Positions 29,111-39,491 of a DNA stretch of 64,000 nucleotides are shown here, piece by piece (the stretch's first letter is position 1; every line of letters starts with the position of its first letter). Origin of the DNA: Spirulina sp. GTDB lineage: Bacteria > Cyanobacteriota > Cyanobacteriia > Phormidesmidales > Phormidesmidaceae. Below the pieces are notes generated by a model that worked only from the letters and a program-made list of their open reading frames with translations, was not told the origin of the DNA and ran no database searches. The position numbers and the translations under genes were made by a program. The stretch is from positions 160,001 through 224,000 of the forward strand of contig JBIPSI010000002.1 in the NCBI GenBank assembly GCA_044070495.1, in the 5' to 3' direction.

Positions 29111-30445
29111 TTACGGGGAAAGATCATCCTTTGGGAGGGAAGATGAAGCAGTTCCAGCTTGGCTTTGATGGGCTGTTTTTTTTACGATACAGGCAATGAC
29201 CAAGAGCAACAGAATGAGCTTAGTCGATTCAGACGCTAAAGTTGCCCAGGTTGCGCCACGCCAGGAAAAAGCTGGAATCAACCAAAGATTTAACAAAATA
29301 TTAAAGCCCGCAGCGAAGGTTTGTACCGCACTCCTTAATCCTTGATAGTTAGAACCGCTTAAAATATCACCCAACATCTTCTGGGTAACAATCATGAACG
29401 GTAGCGGGGCGAACCACTTAAGAAGTTCGGTGGATTCTCGAAACTCCTGACCTAAGACCACGGGCGCGAGCGGAGAAAACAAAACTAACCCAACACCTGC
29501 GAACCCACCATACATAGCCAAGAAGGGGAAAAGCTTTCGAGCGAAATTGATTCCACCTCGAATACCAGAGGCTCCGTGCTGGAAGAATTTGGAGTAGGCA
29601 GAATCGGTTACAGCGGAAATCGCATACCAACTGAGATCTAGAAATCGGTAAGAAGCACCATACAACCCCGTTGCCTCTAGGGTAGACATACTCGCCAGCA
29701 TAGTTTTATCAACGTTGCTATTGACAAAGTCAGCACTATTACTAATAGAAAAGAAGAAGCCCTGCTGAAGCTCAGCGACGAGACGTTTCAATGAAAAGCT
29801 GGGCCAACTTAACCACTGAACGGCTAGCCCCACGGCCAGCAGAGCGGTTAACATAGTGCTTAAAAAATATAGCCCAGCCCAGGCCGTCACATTGATCTTA
29901 GGAATAACACTCACTAGCAGTAGAACCGCTATCAACTTTGACACAGCCAGTGCTATGCGAAGTAACGCCGTTAGAAAAGACATATCGAGCGCAAGGAAAG
30001 CAGCACTACTCATGTGCACAATCGGTAGGCCAGCCAAGTCTGCAAGGAAAATCAGGAAAACCACAAGAGATGTGACTCTCTCTTGGAGAAATATGGGCAC
30101 AATCAGGGCCGCAAGGCTGGATATAAGAAGACTGAAAACCGTCGTAATTAGTAAGGCATTTCCCCAGTAAATGGCAAATAGAGATCGATCTCTAGCAATA
30201 TATTTCACCAAGATAGAAACACTGCCCCAAGTGGCAAAGGGCCCAAAAATAGCCGTGAGTGCTGCTACCCCTACGTAGGCACCGTAATCAGATGTGCCCA
30301 GTCCACGGGCCAATACCACAAAATAAAGAACCTGAACACTAATAGTAATAGCCTGAGCTAACAGCATCCAGGATGAGCGTTTAAACAGAGACTTTTGGCT
30401 CAGCTCTGAAAGTTTTTCTTTAAGTCTTTGAATGATCTGAACCAT
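29111..30445 (-). CDS. Wzx oligosaccharide flippase
   Basis: Many TM helices; LARGLG..DYG, DKTML..GLYGASYR. Confidence 0.85.
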   Translation of the reverse strand: MVQIIQRLKEKLSELSQKSLFKRSSWMLLAQAITISVQVLYFVVLARGLGTSDYGAYVGVAALTAIFGPFATWGSVSILVKYIARDRSLFAIYWGNALLITTVFSLLISSLAALIVPIFLQERVTSLVVFLIFLADLAGLPIVHMSSAAFLALDMSFLTALLRIALAVSKLIAVLLLVSVIPKINVTAWAGLYFLSTMLTALLAVGLAVQWLSWPSFSLKRLVAELQQGFFFSISNSADFVNSNVDKTMLASMSTLEATGLYGASYRFLDLSWYAISAVTDSAYSKFFQHGASGIRGGINFARKLFPFLAMYGGFAGVGLVLFSPLAPVVLGQEFRESTELLKWFAPLPFMIVTQKMLGDILSGSNYQGLRSAVQTFAAGFNILLNLWLIPAFSWRGATWATLASESTKLILLLLVIACIVKKTAHQSQAGTASSSLPKDDLSP

Positions 30446-30474
30446 AGAATTTAGTCCTGAATTAGGGTTATGCG

Positions 30475-31509
30475 TTACCTCAAGAAATCATTCAATACCC
30501 GTTCCATAGCGCGACCTCTCGCCTCGGGAGAAAAGTGCTCTTTCGCGTAGGCCCTAGCGGCCTGACTCATGTACTGTCTTAACTCAGCATCATTCCATAG
30601 AAGTAGAATCGCTTCAGCCATGCTATCGACAGAGTTTGGTTCTATCAGCAGGCCAGTCTCCCTATGGATAACATAATCTTCCGCTCCAGCTCCTTGGGTG
30701 ACGACTAACGGACAGCCAATTTCCATCGCCTCTACAATGGCCCTAAACCCAGCGCTAGAGGTATCTTGAGTGATCTGAAGGGGGACAACATCGATGCGAG
30801 CTTTGGCAATCTGTTCCCAACACTCATATCGATTAATATCAAAGGGTGTTTGGACATGCTTTGGAATCTCAATCTCCTTGAGGGCTGGACGACTGCTTGC
30901 AATAACTGCAGGCAACTTTAGTTTTTCAATGGCCTGAATAAATGTAGGGTAATCACGTAATGCAGAGCCAAGGGCGATGACGAACGGGCTTTCATTATCT
31001 TCTTGCCAAGCTAAACCGCTTTCATCATAGTATTGATACAGCACATCGAAGCGCTCAATCGGCAACCCCAGATACTCGCTATAAATTTTGCGCTCATGCT
31101 GGCAAAAGACACCGAAACGATCAATTTTAGCTAACGCAAAGCGAGCAATTTTTTGGTGAATTCCGCCTCGTAGATGAGCAATAGTGAAATCTAGAGCCAC
31201 AACGGGCTTTCGGTTCATAAAGGGTAGACGCTTTAGCAACCCCATTGCTGTCGGCAACTGCACCAGCAATGTAATCACGCCATCACTATCCTGGGAGGTC
31301 AGGAGTTGAAAAGCTTGCTTGAAGCAAGTCAACCATTCACCAAGGGACGTATACTTATTTGTGCGGTTTGTGTAGTTGATGTATGGCTCCTTGCGCCAAA
31401 CAATTTTAGTGACGTGATGATCACTTCTCAGGAGATTTTCAATGTAACGAAAGGGCTCGGGGTTTGGTTGCGTTAGAATTGGCGACGCAATCAACCATCT
31501 CATTTTCAT
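30475..31509 (-). CDS. Glycosyltransferase family 4
   Basis: RDYPTF, IVEAMEIGCPLVVT, TGLLIEP. Confidence 0.85.
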   Translation of the reverse strand: MKMRWLIASPILTQPNPEPFRYIENLLRSDHHVTKIVWRKEPYINYTNRTNKYTSLGEWLTCFKQAFQLLTSQDSDGVITLLVQLPTAMGLLKRLPFMNRKPVVALDFTIAHLRGGIHQKIARFALAKIDRFGVFCQHERKIYSEYLGLPIERFDVLYQYYDESGLAWQEDNESPFVIALGSALRDYPTFIQAIEKLKLPAVIASSRPALKEIEIPKHVQTPFDINRYECWEQIAKARIDVVPLQITQDTSSAGFRAIVEAMEIGCPLVVTQGAGAEDYVIHRETGLLIEPNSVDSMAEAILLLWNDAELRQYMSQAARAYAKEHFSPEARGRAMERVLNDFLR

Positions 31510-31600
31510 GTACTTATAATTCTCCCAGAAACCAAGCCTACGTAGAACAATTGTAACTGGCGATCAACAAATCTAGTGATGGCTAAGAATATGCTGATGA

Positions 31601-33529
31601 TTAAGAGCCTAGAAATTTGGACAATAGTTTAACATAGGCACTTTGGTAGTAAATGGCGGGTTCTGTAATTTCCCACATTCTTTGGCTGCCGCTACTGCTA
31701 TCTAGATAAACCTTCATGGGCGGCAAGTGGGTAATCGGGGCATTGCCAGTATAGCCTTGATTAGGACCACCAGTAACATACCCCGGCGCAGGGCCGTTTT
31801 CAGACGTGAGCGCATTCCTATACATCCCTTGGCCAAACCACTCATGGTACATTTCGTTGGCAGAGTGATGTGCTCCAGCTTCGTACATATTCGTTAAATA
31901 GACCAGGCCGAGAGGATTCACTCCATGGATGTAGTGCAAGTGATCAAGAGCGCGACTTAGATAGCTTTCATGGTCGGAGTTTGTGCCGTATAAAATTGCA
32001 TCATAGTTACCATTTCCCAGCTTACTTTTAATCGAATTACTGCCCCAGTGGTATTGGTCGTTGGGCATATAAGCTCGATAGGGGTCAAGAGACACTTGAT
32101 CTGCGTACAGTTCTGGGTGCTGATCCAAGGTACGACGGAAACGATTAAGGATGGGTTGTTTTAGATCCTCGGCGGTGGTTTCTTGACTGGCTAAAAAAAG
32201 TAGGGCATCTCCAATATAGGGTTGGTAGACGGGCCAGAGTGCTGAGTGTTCAAAGGGGCGGGTGTAAGCGTAATGATCCCTCACGTATTGCTGATAGGCG
32301 GGTTCTTGGGTGAGGATAGATAGATAAACTGCCGCCGTAACGGCGACTCCAACTTGCTCAGATTCCGCCATATCTGCATCCCCAGATTTAATTTCCCGGG
32401 TATCACAGTCTGTTTCTAGGGGATGGACTTGAAACCAGTCCCAAGCCTCGGTGGCCTTAGTCAGGAGAATACGGGATTCATCTTGGAACTGAGGTAGGTC
32501 TTTAAGCACCAAGGCAGCGTGGGAGAACATGCTGGACAGAGCAATGGACGAGGAGGAACACTTAGGCCCGTAGAATCGGGGGCGTTGGTCCAAACTAGGC
32601 TTTTCAGCATGGTTGAAATCCAGGGTTCCTAGTTTAATAAAAACTCCACCATCCTCATCCTGCATGCGTTTCAACCAGTCTAATTCAAACAGAATTTCAT
32701 CCAGAATGTCTGGTACGCCGTTGCCCGACTCTGGAATATTGAAGTCATCGGTCCAGACGGATGGATTTTGGCTATAGGCATCGAGAAGTTGATGGATAGG
32801 CTCTAGGGCGAAGGTAACATACTTGTTAGTATCGCCAGCATCAAACCAACCGCCACGCATATCTCTGACCGTTGCAGGGTTTTCTTTATCATTCACAAAC
32901 CGGGCTTCAGTATCTTGATTTGGGCCTAGAAAAGCCGCATCATCGGTCCAGCGACTATCGGCGTAGGGTTCACGTTTGGCAAAGCCGCTGCGCTGATAGA
33001 AAAACATGCGGGTGGCGGCAACTAAGATGGGTTTATAAACATCCTCGGCCACGGTAAAGGGCGACGATTCTTCTCCAGTCCTTGTGTTTTTAATGATGTA
33101 GCGCCCAGGGGTATTGACGGTTGAAAAATCAAACCAGCTAGCCCGATCCCCTGACTGACTATGGACATTCCCTTGATCCCAAATTTGTGCTGCCCCCTGA
33201 TACACCGTTCGTTGGTTGTCGAGGCTGACAACGGCAAAGGTATCAAATAGGGAACGATAGGATTCTGAGTTTCGATCTGCCTCAGCGTTGGCGTCGGGCT
33301 GAACTAACACCGCCACCTTAGCGTCCTGGGGGCGGTAGCCAAACTGATCCACTAGGATATGGGTGGGGAGTGGTATCGGTAAACTGGAAGAGTAGGCGGA
33401 GGGAACCCCTCGACAGTTGGTTAATAACACACCCGCCAAGACCAAAAAACTGAGCAGCCAAAAACCGGTACGTCCCCTAACCCTAAATCGTTTAACGTTT
33501 TGGATTAGCCTAGACTGAAGCATAAACAT
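31601..33529 (-). CDS. Glycoside hydrolase family 9 with N-terminal Ig-like domain, probable lipoprotein
   Basis: LTNC lipobox-like, VDQFGY, FFYQRSG, GGWFDAGD, GVNP, EITEPAIYYQSAY. Confidence 0.88.
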   Translation of the reverse strand: MFMLQSRLIQNVKRFRVRGRTGFWLLSFLVLAGVLLTNCRGVPSAYSSSLPIPLPTHILVDQFGYRPQDAKVAVLVQPDANAEADRNSESYRSLFDTFAVVSLDNQRTVYQGAAQIWDQGNVHSQSGDRASWFDFSTVNTPGRYIIKNTRTGEESSPFTVAEDVYKPILVAATRMFFYQRSGFAKREPYADSRWTDDAAFLGPNQDTEARFVNDKENPATVRDMRGGWFDAGDTNKYVTFALEPIHQLLDAYSQNPSVWTDDFNIPESGNGVPDILDEILFELDWLKRMQDEDGGVFIKLGTLDFNHAEKPSLDQRPRFYGPKCSSSSIALSSMFSHAALVLKDLPQFQDESRILLTKATEAWDWFQVHPLETDCDTREIKSGDADMAESEQVGVAVTAAVYLSILTQEPAYQQYVRDHYAYTRPFEHSALWPVYQPYIGDALLFLASQETTAEDLKQPILNRFRRTLDQHPELYADQVSLDPYRAYMPNDQYHWGSNSIKSKLGNGNYDAILYGTNSDHESYLSRALDHLHYIHGVNPLGLVYLTNMYEAGAHHSANEMYHEWFGQGMYRNALTSENGPAPGYVTGGPNQGYTGNAPITHLPPMKVYLDSSSGSQRMWEITEPAIYYQSAYVKLLSKFLGS

Positions 33530-33587
33530 TGGTTAAACAACGCTGTAGGTTTTCACGGTTCCTGGGGATGGCGGTGCGGTAGGCTGA

Positions 33588-35045
33588 CTAGAGCATGGGC
33601 CGAGCCTTGGCCGATTCCTCTGAGCCGAGGGCCGGACGCCGTGGCACCGGGGTTGAGAGAATCTGGGTAGCCAAAACGATGGTGATGGCCACCAGAGCAC
33701 CTCCCAAAACACCTAGGGCTAGCACCTGTAGTTTTGCCCCGGAGTCGGGTTCTAGAGGGGGAACCGCTGACTGGATAATGCGGGTGTTGTAGGTGGTTTC
33801 GTTTTCCTGGACTTGGAGTTCCTGCAGACGGGTCAGCAGGGCACTGTAGGTTTCTTCAGCCACGGCTACCCGCCGCTCTAGGGCACGCTGTTCGGCACTG
33901 AGGGAGGGAACTGTCTTCAGACGCTCCTGATACTCCTGTTCGTAGGCTTTGAGCACCGTGAGCTGCTGTTGCAGGCCGGTATACTGCACTTCGGCGTTCA
34001 GATAATCTTGAATTAGGGTTTGAGTGATATTGACTTGCCCTGGGGTTCCTTGGAGGAGGCTATCGGGTACACGGGGAGCCCCTCCAGCCTGGACAACCTG
34101 TTCGGAAAGGAAACTGGCGAGGGATTCTTGCTGGGCCCGGAGTTGGCGGACTACTGGGCTGCTGGGGCTAAACCGAGCTTCCTGCACAGCAAGATCTCGT
34201 TCCACGGCTTGTAGAGCCAAAATCGCCTCTTGGACGCCAGGATTTTGGCTGAGCGCACCCACGGTTAGGGCTTCCTGGGGGTTGAGCCGGAGTTTACCCT
34301 GGAGGGATTGAACCTGGCGGGCTGTCCCCTCTAGGGTGGACTGAACGGTAGCAATCTCCCTGGAAAGATTTTCAAGGCGGGTGACCAGGGAAGAGGCTTC
34401 TTCATCGAGCACCCCAATTTGGTTGCGCTCTAGAAAGTTGCGGAGATCGGCCTCGGCTTGGCGCACGATGACCTCGGTTTGGGGCAGTTGAGCTAGGAGA
34501 AAATCCTTGGCTTCTCGGGCTTCCTCCCGATTAGTCTGGATAGATTGTTCGCGGTATTGCTCAATGAGCGTGTTCACCACGGAGGCGGCTACGTCAGGGT
34601 CGGGATGGGTAAACGCAACTTCTATGATGTCGGTGCCGCCTAGAATGTTCATATCCAGGTTAGGCGCAATCGCCTCAGGGCTGAGGGGCTTGCCGTCGTC
34701 ATCCTTGAGTTCGAGAATGTCGATGGTTTGTTGCAGCAGGGGGCGCGACTGAAGCACCTGCATTTGGGTGCTGAGCGGGGTCTGATCGTTGAGCAGAGAC
34801 TGAAGTTGTCCGGCATCACCAGCGCCAGCGCCAAACCCAGTGAGTACGGCTGTTCGGTCTATCTTGGTGAACAGCAGTTGGGAATCGGCGGTGTACTTGG
34901 GGGTGAGCTGGGTGCTGGCAAAGGCGGCCAAGGCAACGCAGGTGACAAAGGCTCCCGCCGCTAACAGCCCTGAATCGCGAATCGTTTGACCCATACGGTT
35001 CATACTGAGATTTAGGTCGATGGACTCTCGATCTTTACTGCTCAT
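33588..35045 (-). CDS. Polysaccharide co-polymerase (Wzz/GumC-like, no kinase domain)
   Basis: TM, PKYTA, TQMQVLQS, coiled coil, second TM; no Walker A. Confidence 0.85.
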   Translation of the reverse strand: MSSKDRESIDLNLSMNRMGQTIRDSGLLAAGAFVTCVALAAFASTQLTPKYTADSQLLFTKIDRTAVLTGFGAGAGDAGQLQSLLNDQTPLSTQMQVLQSRPLLQQTIDILELKDDDGKPLSPEAIAPNLDMNILGGTDIIEVAFTHPDPDVAASVVNTLIEQYREQSIQTNREEAREAKDFLLAQLPQTEVIVRQAEADLRNFLERNQIGVLDEEASSLVTRLENLSREIATVQSTLEGTARQVQSLQGKLRLNPQEALTVGALSQNPGVQEAILALQAVERDLAVQEARFSPSSPVVRQLRAQQESLASFLSEQVVQAGGAPRVPDSLLQGTPGQVNITQTLIQDYLNAEVQYTGLQQQLTVLKAYEQEYQERLKTVPSLSAEQRALERRVAVAEETYSALLTRLQELQVQENETTYNTRIIQSAVPPLEPDSGAKLQVLALGVLGGALVAITIVLATQILSTPVPRRPALGSEESAKARPML

Positions 35046-35474
35046 GGGAATCCTGGGGCTTTTTACGCGTTTTTGACAACAATCACTGAGACCGGGATGA
35101 CACTCTGGAAAAACGATCTAAGTCAGAGGCTTTCAACTATTCAACTAGGAGAAGCGCAATGAATAGGACGAATTTCAATACAACTAGGCCCACAGGCCTG
35201 AGGCAACATAAACCTAAGGTTAACCATATTTCTCAACAGGATATACAGCATTGAAGCATCAGCTTAGCCGCTAACCGGACAGTTACTTAAAATTCAGAAG
35301 CCTCGGCCAGTATGTAAAGCTTTCGTAAAGGTTCCGCAAGACTACGGAACTTTTCAGGTCTCACGGAAGGCATCACGCTATTCCTAAGTTCCCCGTCCTA
35401 TTTTATGGATATCTCTCTAAGAAGGGGTAGGGCTAATGTCTATGTTTTTGTAAAGTTTGGCGAATGTGTGGGGA

Positions 35475-37802
35475 TTAGTTCCACAGACCTTGATCCGTGG
35501 TTTCCGCAGTGAGGTGGGCTTGGTAGCCTTGCTTGGGTCGCCACAGGATAGCCCCATCCCGCTCGGTACACCACACTTGGATGCCTCGCTGGGTGAGGGT
35601 GGCTTCGGTTTCTGGGGATAGGCGACGGGTGGAGGCAATGGCGATGCGGGGCTGGATGGCGGCCACTAAATCGGGCTGGAGGGCTTGGCCATCCCACCAA
35701 AGCACATCGCTGGCGAGGGGGATGGCAGACTGTAGCAACGCCCGCTGATCGGAGGCCGTGAGGTGGGTCAGCAGGAGCCAGGTTTGTTGGTGAAACAATG
35801 TCAGCTTAAGGGCCGTAGCGGTTTCGGAGAGGGATTCGACTCGGTGCTGCCCCAGGGTGAGGGGTTGGTGTGGCCCTAGGGTGATCGGGTGATGGATATC
35901 CTTAGGGGCGACGCTCAGGCGGTGGGTTTGGTAGAAGTTTTGAATGGGAGCTTGGCCCATCAGGGTGTGCCAGTTTGGGGTATCACTGCTCTGCCCAGCA
36001 ATGGCGTGGTTAAGGCGGTTGATGCCCGCCTGTCTTAGAAACGGCCCCACGGTATAAAACGCGGTGGACTGAGTGCCGCTATTAACTAACAGAGTCGATT
36101 GACGATCCTGCACCACCATGACGGCATCATTACCCGCCGCCAGTACCGTGGCCTGGGCAAGGGTAGCCCCTCGGTACCACAGTGGCCCTAGGGCTGTGAC
36201 CAATACCAATAGCGCCACCAACCACCGCCATCGACGGCCTAGGGCCGACCATCCGCCCAGGCCATAGAGTCCGTACAGCCCAATCATTTGCCAGAGGGCG
36301 ATGTGGCCCATGGCGAGGGTACTGCTGGGTAGGCCAATTTCCCAGTGCACCAGGGCAATCAGCACCGTGGTAGGTAGCCATAGCACAGCGGCCAGGAGAC
36401 TGCCTAAAGCGGGCAGGGCCAGGGCCACCAATCCGCTGATCATGCCCCCCAGGCTGATCACAGTCACCAGCGGCGTCACCACCATGTTCAGCAGGACGCT
36501 GTAGGTGGTGAGGGTATTGAAATAGTACAAACTGAGGGGAATCGTCCAAAAATAGGCCGCTACGGGCACCGCGAGCAGGGTGGCCAGGGCCGGGGGCAGC
36601 CAGTTCAGCCGATCCGTCAGCGGCTGCACACTCACCATCAGGCCCAGGGTGGCCATGACGCTGAGGCGAAACCCGACATCGTCAACCCAGAGGGGATTCC
36701 AAATTAGCAGTAGAGTGACTGCCAAGAGCAAACAACCCAAGGGTTTGACCCTCCGCTCTAGGGCAAGGCCCACCAAGGCTCCCACCCCCATTAACGCGGC
36801 CCGCATCACGCTGGGCTGGACTCCGGTCATCAGCACATAGCCCGCCAAAACCGCGATCCCTACCCCCAGTTGAACCCGCCCTGGATGGGAGAACCGCCCC
36901 TGCAAGACGGGCAGGCGCAACATCCCCATCACCAAGCCCAGCAGCAGAGAGACATGGAACCCAGAGGCTGCCAGGGTATGGGCGAGGCCCGCTTGGATGA
37001 AGGCATCCTGGAGGGGATAGGGCACCTGCACCGCCTGCCGACCGAGGGCCATGGCACTCACCAAGGCTCCCTGCTCTGGCCCTAGCCCTTGGGCGTGGGC
37101 TTGAACAATGCGCTGCCGCAGTTGCCACAGCCCCCACCCAGCCTCCTGCTGCACGGTCACTTGCCGCCCGCTCAGGCCAGCGTAGACTTCTCGACTGGCC
37201 AGGTATTGCTGAAAGTTAAAGGCGTTGGGATTTTTGGCCCCAGACGGGGCATAGAGTTGGCCCACCACCCGCAGGGTTTGGCCAGGGCGCAGGTCTTTGA
37301 TCGCATCCAGGGGAGTGGTGACGTAGAGGGTGCCCTCGGTGGCTAGGGTGGCCCCTTGGGGTTGCCCCGATTCGTCCAAACGCCTGACCTGTTGGGCTTG
37401 CAGCCAAAACTGTCCCTTGCCGCTGCGGCTTTCCTTGGGCATTTCCGTGAGGCGGCCCCACACCTCTTGCTGGGTTCCGGTGGTTGCTCCAGGCTGGATC
37501 AAATGGCTGATGTCTAGCACAGAGGGCTGGGGATACTGCCAACCGTAGTTGAGGGCCGCCACCAGTCCCAATCCGCCCAGCCCCACCCAAAGGGCAGGTC
37601 GTGGGCCGAGGGGCCAGGATTTTGCTAGGGTGAGGGCCGCCCCTAACCCCAGCGCTACCAGGATTAGCCCCGTGAGGCCAACCCCCGCCCAGAGTCCTAG
37701 CCCTCCGTGCCGTACCCACAAGCTAACCACAAACAATCCGGCAACGTACGCGCCGCAACCCAACATTCCAGCAATGGAACCCATCGATTTTCTTGCACCC
37801 AT
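35475..37802 (-). CDS. comEC: ComEC/Rec2 competence protein
   Basis: NPNAFNF, GLAHTLAASGFHVS, PSVMRA, GFRLS. Confidence 0.92.
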   Translation of the reverse strand: MGARKSMGSIAGMLGCGAYVAGLFVVSLWVRHGGLGLWAGVGLTGLILVALGLGAALTLAKSWPLGPRPALWVGLGGLGLVAALNYGWQYPQPSVLDISHLIQPGATTGTQQEVWGRLTEMPKESRSGKGQFWLQAQQVRRLDESGQPQGATLATEGTLYVTTPLDAIKDLRPGQTLRVVGQLYAPSGAKNPNAFNFQQYLASREVYAGLSGRQVTVQQEAGWGLWQLRQRIVQAHAQGLGPEQGALVSAMALGRQAVQVPYPLQDAFIQAGLAHTLAASGFHVSLLLGLVMGMLRLPVLQGRFSHPGRVQLGVGIAVLAGYVLMTGVQPSVMRAALMGVGALVGLALERRVKPLGCLLLAVTLLLIWNPLWVDDVGFRLSVMATLGLMVSVQPLTDRLNWLPPALATLLAVPVAAYFWTIPLSLYYFNTLTTYSVLLNMVVTPLVTVISLGGMISGLVALALPALGSLLAAVLWLPTTVLIALVHWEIGLPSSTLAMGHIALWQMIGLYGLYGLGGWSALGRRWRWLVALLVLVTALGPLWYRGATLAQATVLAAGNDAVMVVQDRQSTLLVNSGTQSTAFYTVGPFLRQAGINRLNHAIAGQSSDTPNWHTLMGQAPIQNFYQTHRLSVAPKDIHHPITLGPHQPLTLGQHRVESLSETATALKLTLFHQQTWLLLTHLTASDQRALLQSAIPLASDVLWWDGQALQPDLVAAIQPRIAIASTRRLSPETEATLTQRGIQVWCTERDGAILWRPKQGYQAHLTAETTDQGLWN

Positions 37803-37993
37803 AACTAGACTTAGAAAGCCCGTTTTGGGTGAGAAATTGACGCTCGATTAGGATGGCTTTGTCCAGGCTAGGGCCACCGGATCGCAGATCACCTATCGCC
37901 TGGGGCTAAACCCAGGCCCCGACCTGGGTAGGCGGCACAAGGGGAAAGGATTAGCTTGGCATCCGGTGTGGCGATGGCCCTCAGCCAAATGGA

Positions 37994-38410
37994 CTAATCC
38001 GATCTGGACTCATTCGAGTCGGTGCTGTCTCGATTCAGGCGCTTGCGAGCCAAGTCTCTCAGGATAATGGCCCAGTCGGGGCGCATTTGTTCCAGGATCA
38101 GCATGGCCGAGGTGTTGTGGGACACCCAAGGATTATTGGCCTTCAGCCCTTCCAAATCCATGGCATAGCCCAGGCGGTGGAGGGCTTCGAGCCGCTGCTG
38201 CTGCCGAATTTGGTTGGGGTGGAGTTCCGGCAGAACATTCTTCAGGTCGGAAATCATGGGGCGTGAGGGAATATGCTTCTGCTGATACTCGGCCAGGGCG
38301 TCGGCCAAGGCTGGGGATCGCATCCGAATTTCAGCATGGTCTCTGGCTGAGAGCCGAACCTTTTTGAGACGGTTAAAAAAATCAGCTTCGTAATTGGATA
38401 GGCGCATCAC
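37994..38410 (-). CDS. Hypothetical protein
   Basis: 138-aa ORF with GGAGG upstream; no motif recognised. Confidence 0.55.
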   Translation of the reverse strand: MMRLSNYEADFFNRLKKVRLSARDHAEIRMRSPALADALAEYQQKHIPSRPMISDLKNVLPELHPNQIRQQQRLEALHRLGYAMDLEGLKANNPWVSHNTSAMLILEQMRPDWAIILRDLARKRLNRDSTDSNESRSD

Positions 38411-38597
38411 GATTTACCCCCTCCCTCCATCCTAATCTGAGGATTCAGCTTTGATGCGGATTGTGTGGTTATTTATTGTGTGGAATTTTCACCCATAACT
38501 AACTGGTATCAGTAGATCACGCCATGAATGGGGATTCGTTATCCCGGCGGTTCCTGTGGCAGGCAGGATGCCACCCTACCGTTACCTGCTTGGGTTC

Positions 38598-39458
38598 CTA
38601 AGGATGGTGATCACCTGGTTTTGCAAAGGAATCATCCGCCCCAAGGCCACCCCATTGCTTTAGAGCGGCTTTGAGGTTGTCTGGGGTGCCAATGTCTAGG
38701 TAGTGGCCGCCATCGAGTACTTCAGCCTCCACCCGCAGCCCCGCTTGAATGGCTTGGTGGATAACATCGCCGATGGGGACTTCGGTGTAGGGGGGCCAAG
38801 CGGTTAGCCCCTGGGGAATACGGTCGCCCAGAAGGCGGTGCTGGTGTTGAACAACAAACTGGTGCAGAAAGTCGGTAAAGCGCGGATTCCAAACGGCGAT
38901 GGCCCACATGTAGGGTAGATGGGTGAAGGCGGATTTCTCGTAGATGCCGATCACTCGCCCCGTTTCCTCCACATCCACCACACCCACTTTATCGGGCTGA
39001 TCGGTGGGGAAAAGCCCCAGCACCACATCGGCCCCTTGGGCCTGAAGCCGCTGAAGGAGCACCCGGTAAGCCGGGTCTGGGCCAAACAAAATGTCGGGAA
39101 AGCCCAGCAGCACCGTGGCCCCCTGAATAAAGGGATAGGCTTGGTTGAGGCTAAAGGGCACGCCAAAGGGCACATGCACCGTGAGGTAGGCCAAATGTAA
39201 GCCCAGATCGGCTCCATCCCCCAGATAGGCCGGAATATCCCACTTGCCGGGACGCAAAATCATGAATACTTCGGAGACCCCAGCCCCACGCATCTTTTCC
39301 AGCAGATAGTGACAGACCACCTTGGGCCTCGCCCCGGTCTGCCCCGGCACCGTCCGAAAGCCCAGGGGAAACAGTTCTTTACTCATGGGCAAGGGGGCGA
39401 GGCGGGTGCCCTGCCCTGCCGCTGGCACCAGGCCAATTAACCGGGGAGCCTCTGTCAT
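38598..39458 (-). CDS. Sugar-phosphate nucleotidyltransferase (RmlA-like)
   Basis: PAAGQGTRLAP..SKEL, GFPD, LDIGT. Confidence 0.85.
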   Translation of the reverse strand: MTEAPRLIGLVPAAGQGTRLAPLPMSKELFPLGFRTVPGQTGARPKVVCHYLLEKMRGAGVSEVFMILRPGKWDIPAYLGDGADLGLHLAYLTVHVPFGVPFSLNQAYPFIQGATVLLGFPDILFGPDPAYRVLLQRLQAQGADVVLGLFPTDQPDKVGVVDVEETGRVIGIYEKSAFTHLPYMWAIAVWNPRFTDFLHQFVVQHQHRLLGDRIPQGLTAWPPYTEVPIGDVIHQAIQAGLRVEAEVLDGGHYLDIGTPDNLKAALKQWGGLGADDSFAKPGDHHP

Positions 39459-39491
39459 GGGTCAGCCGAGATCCTTAGCCTAGGGGTAACG

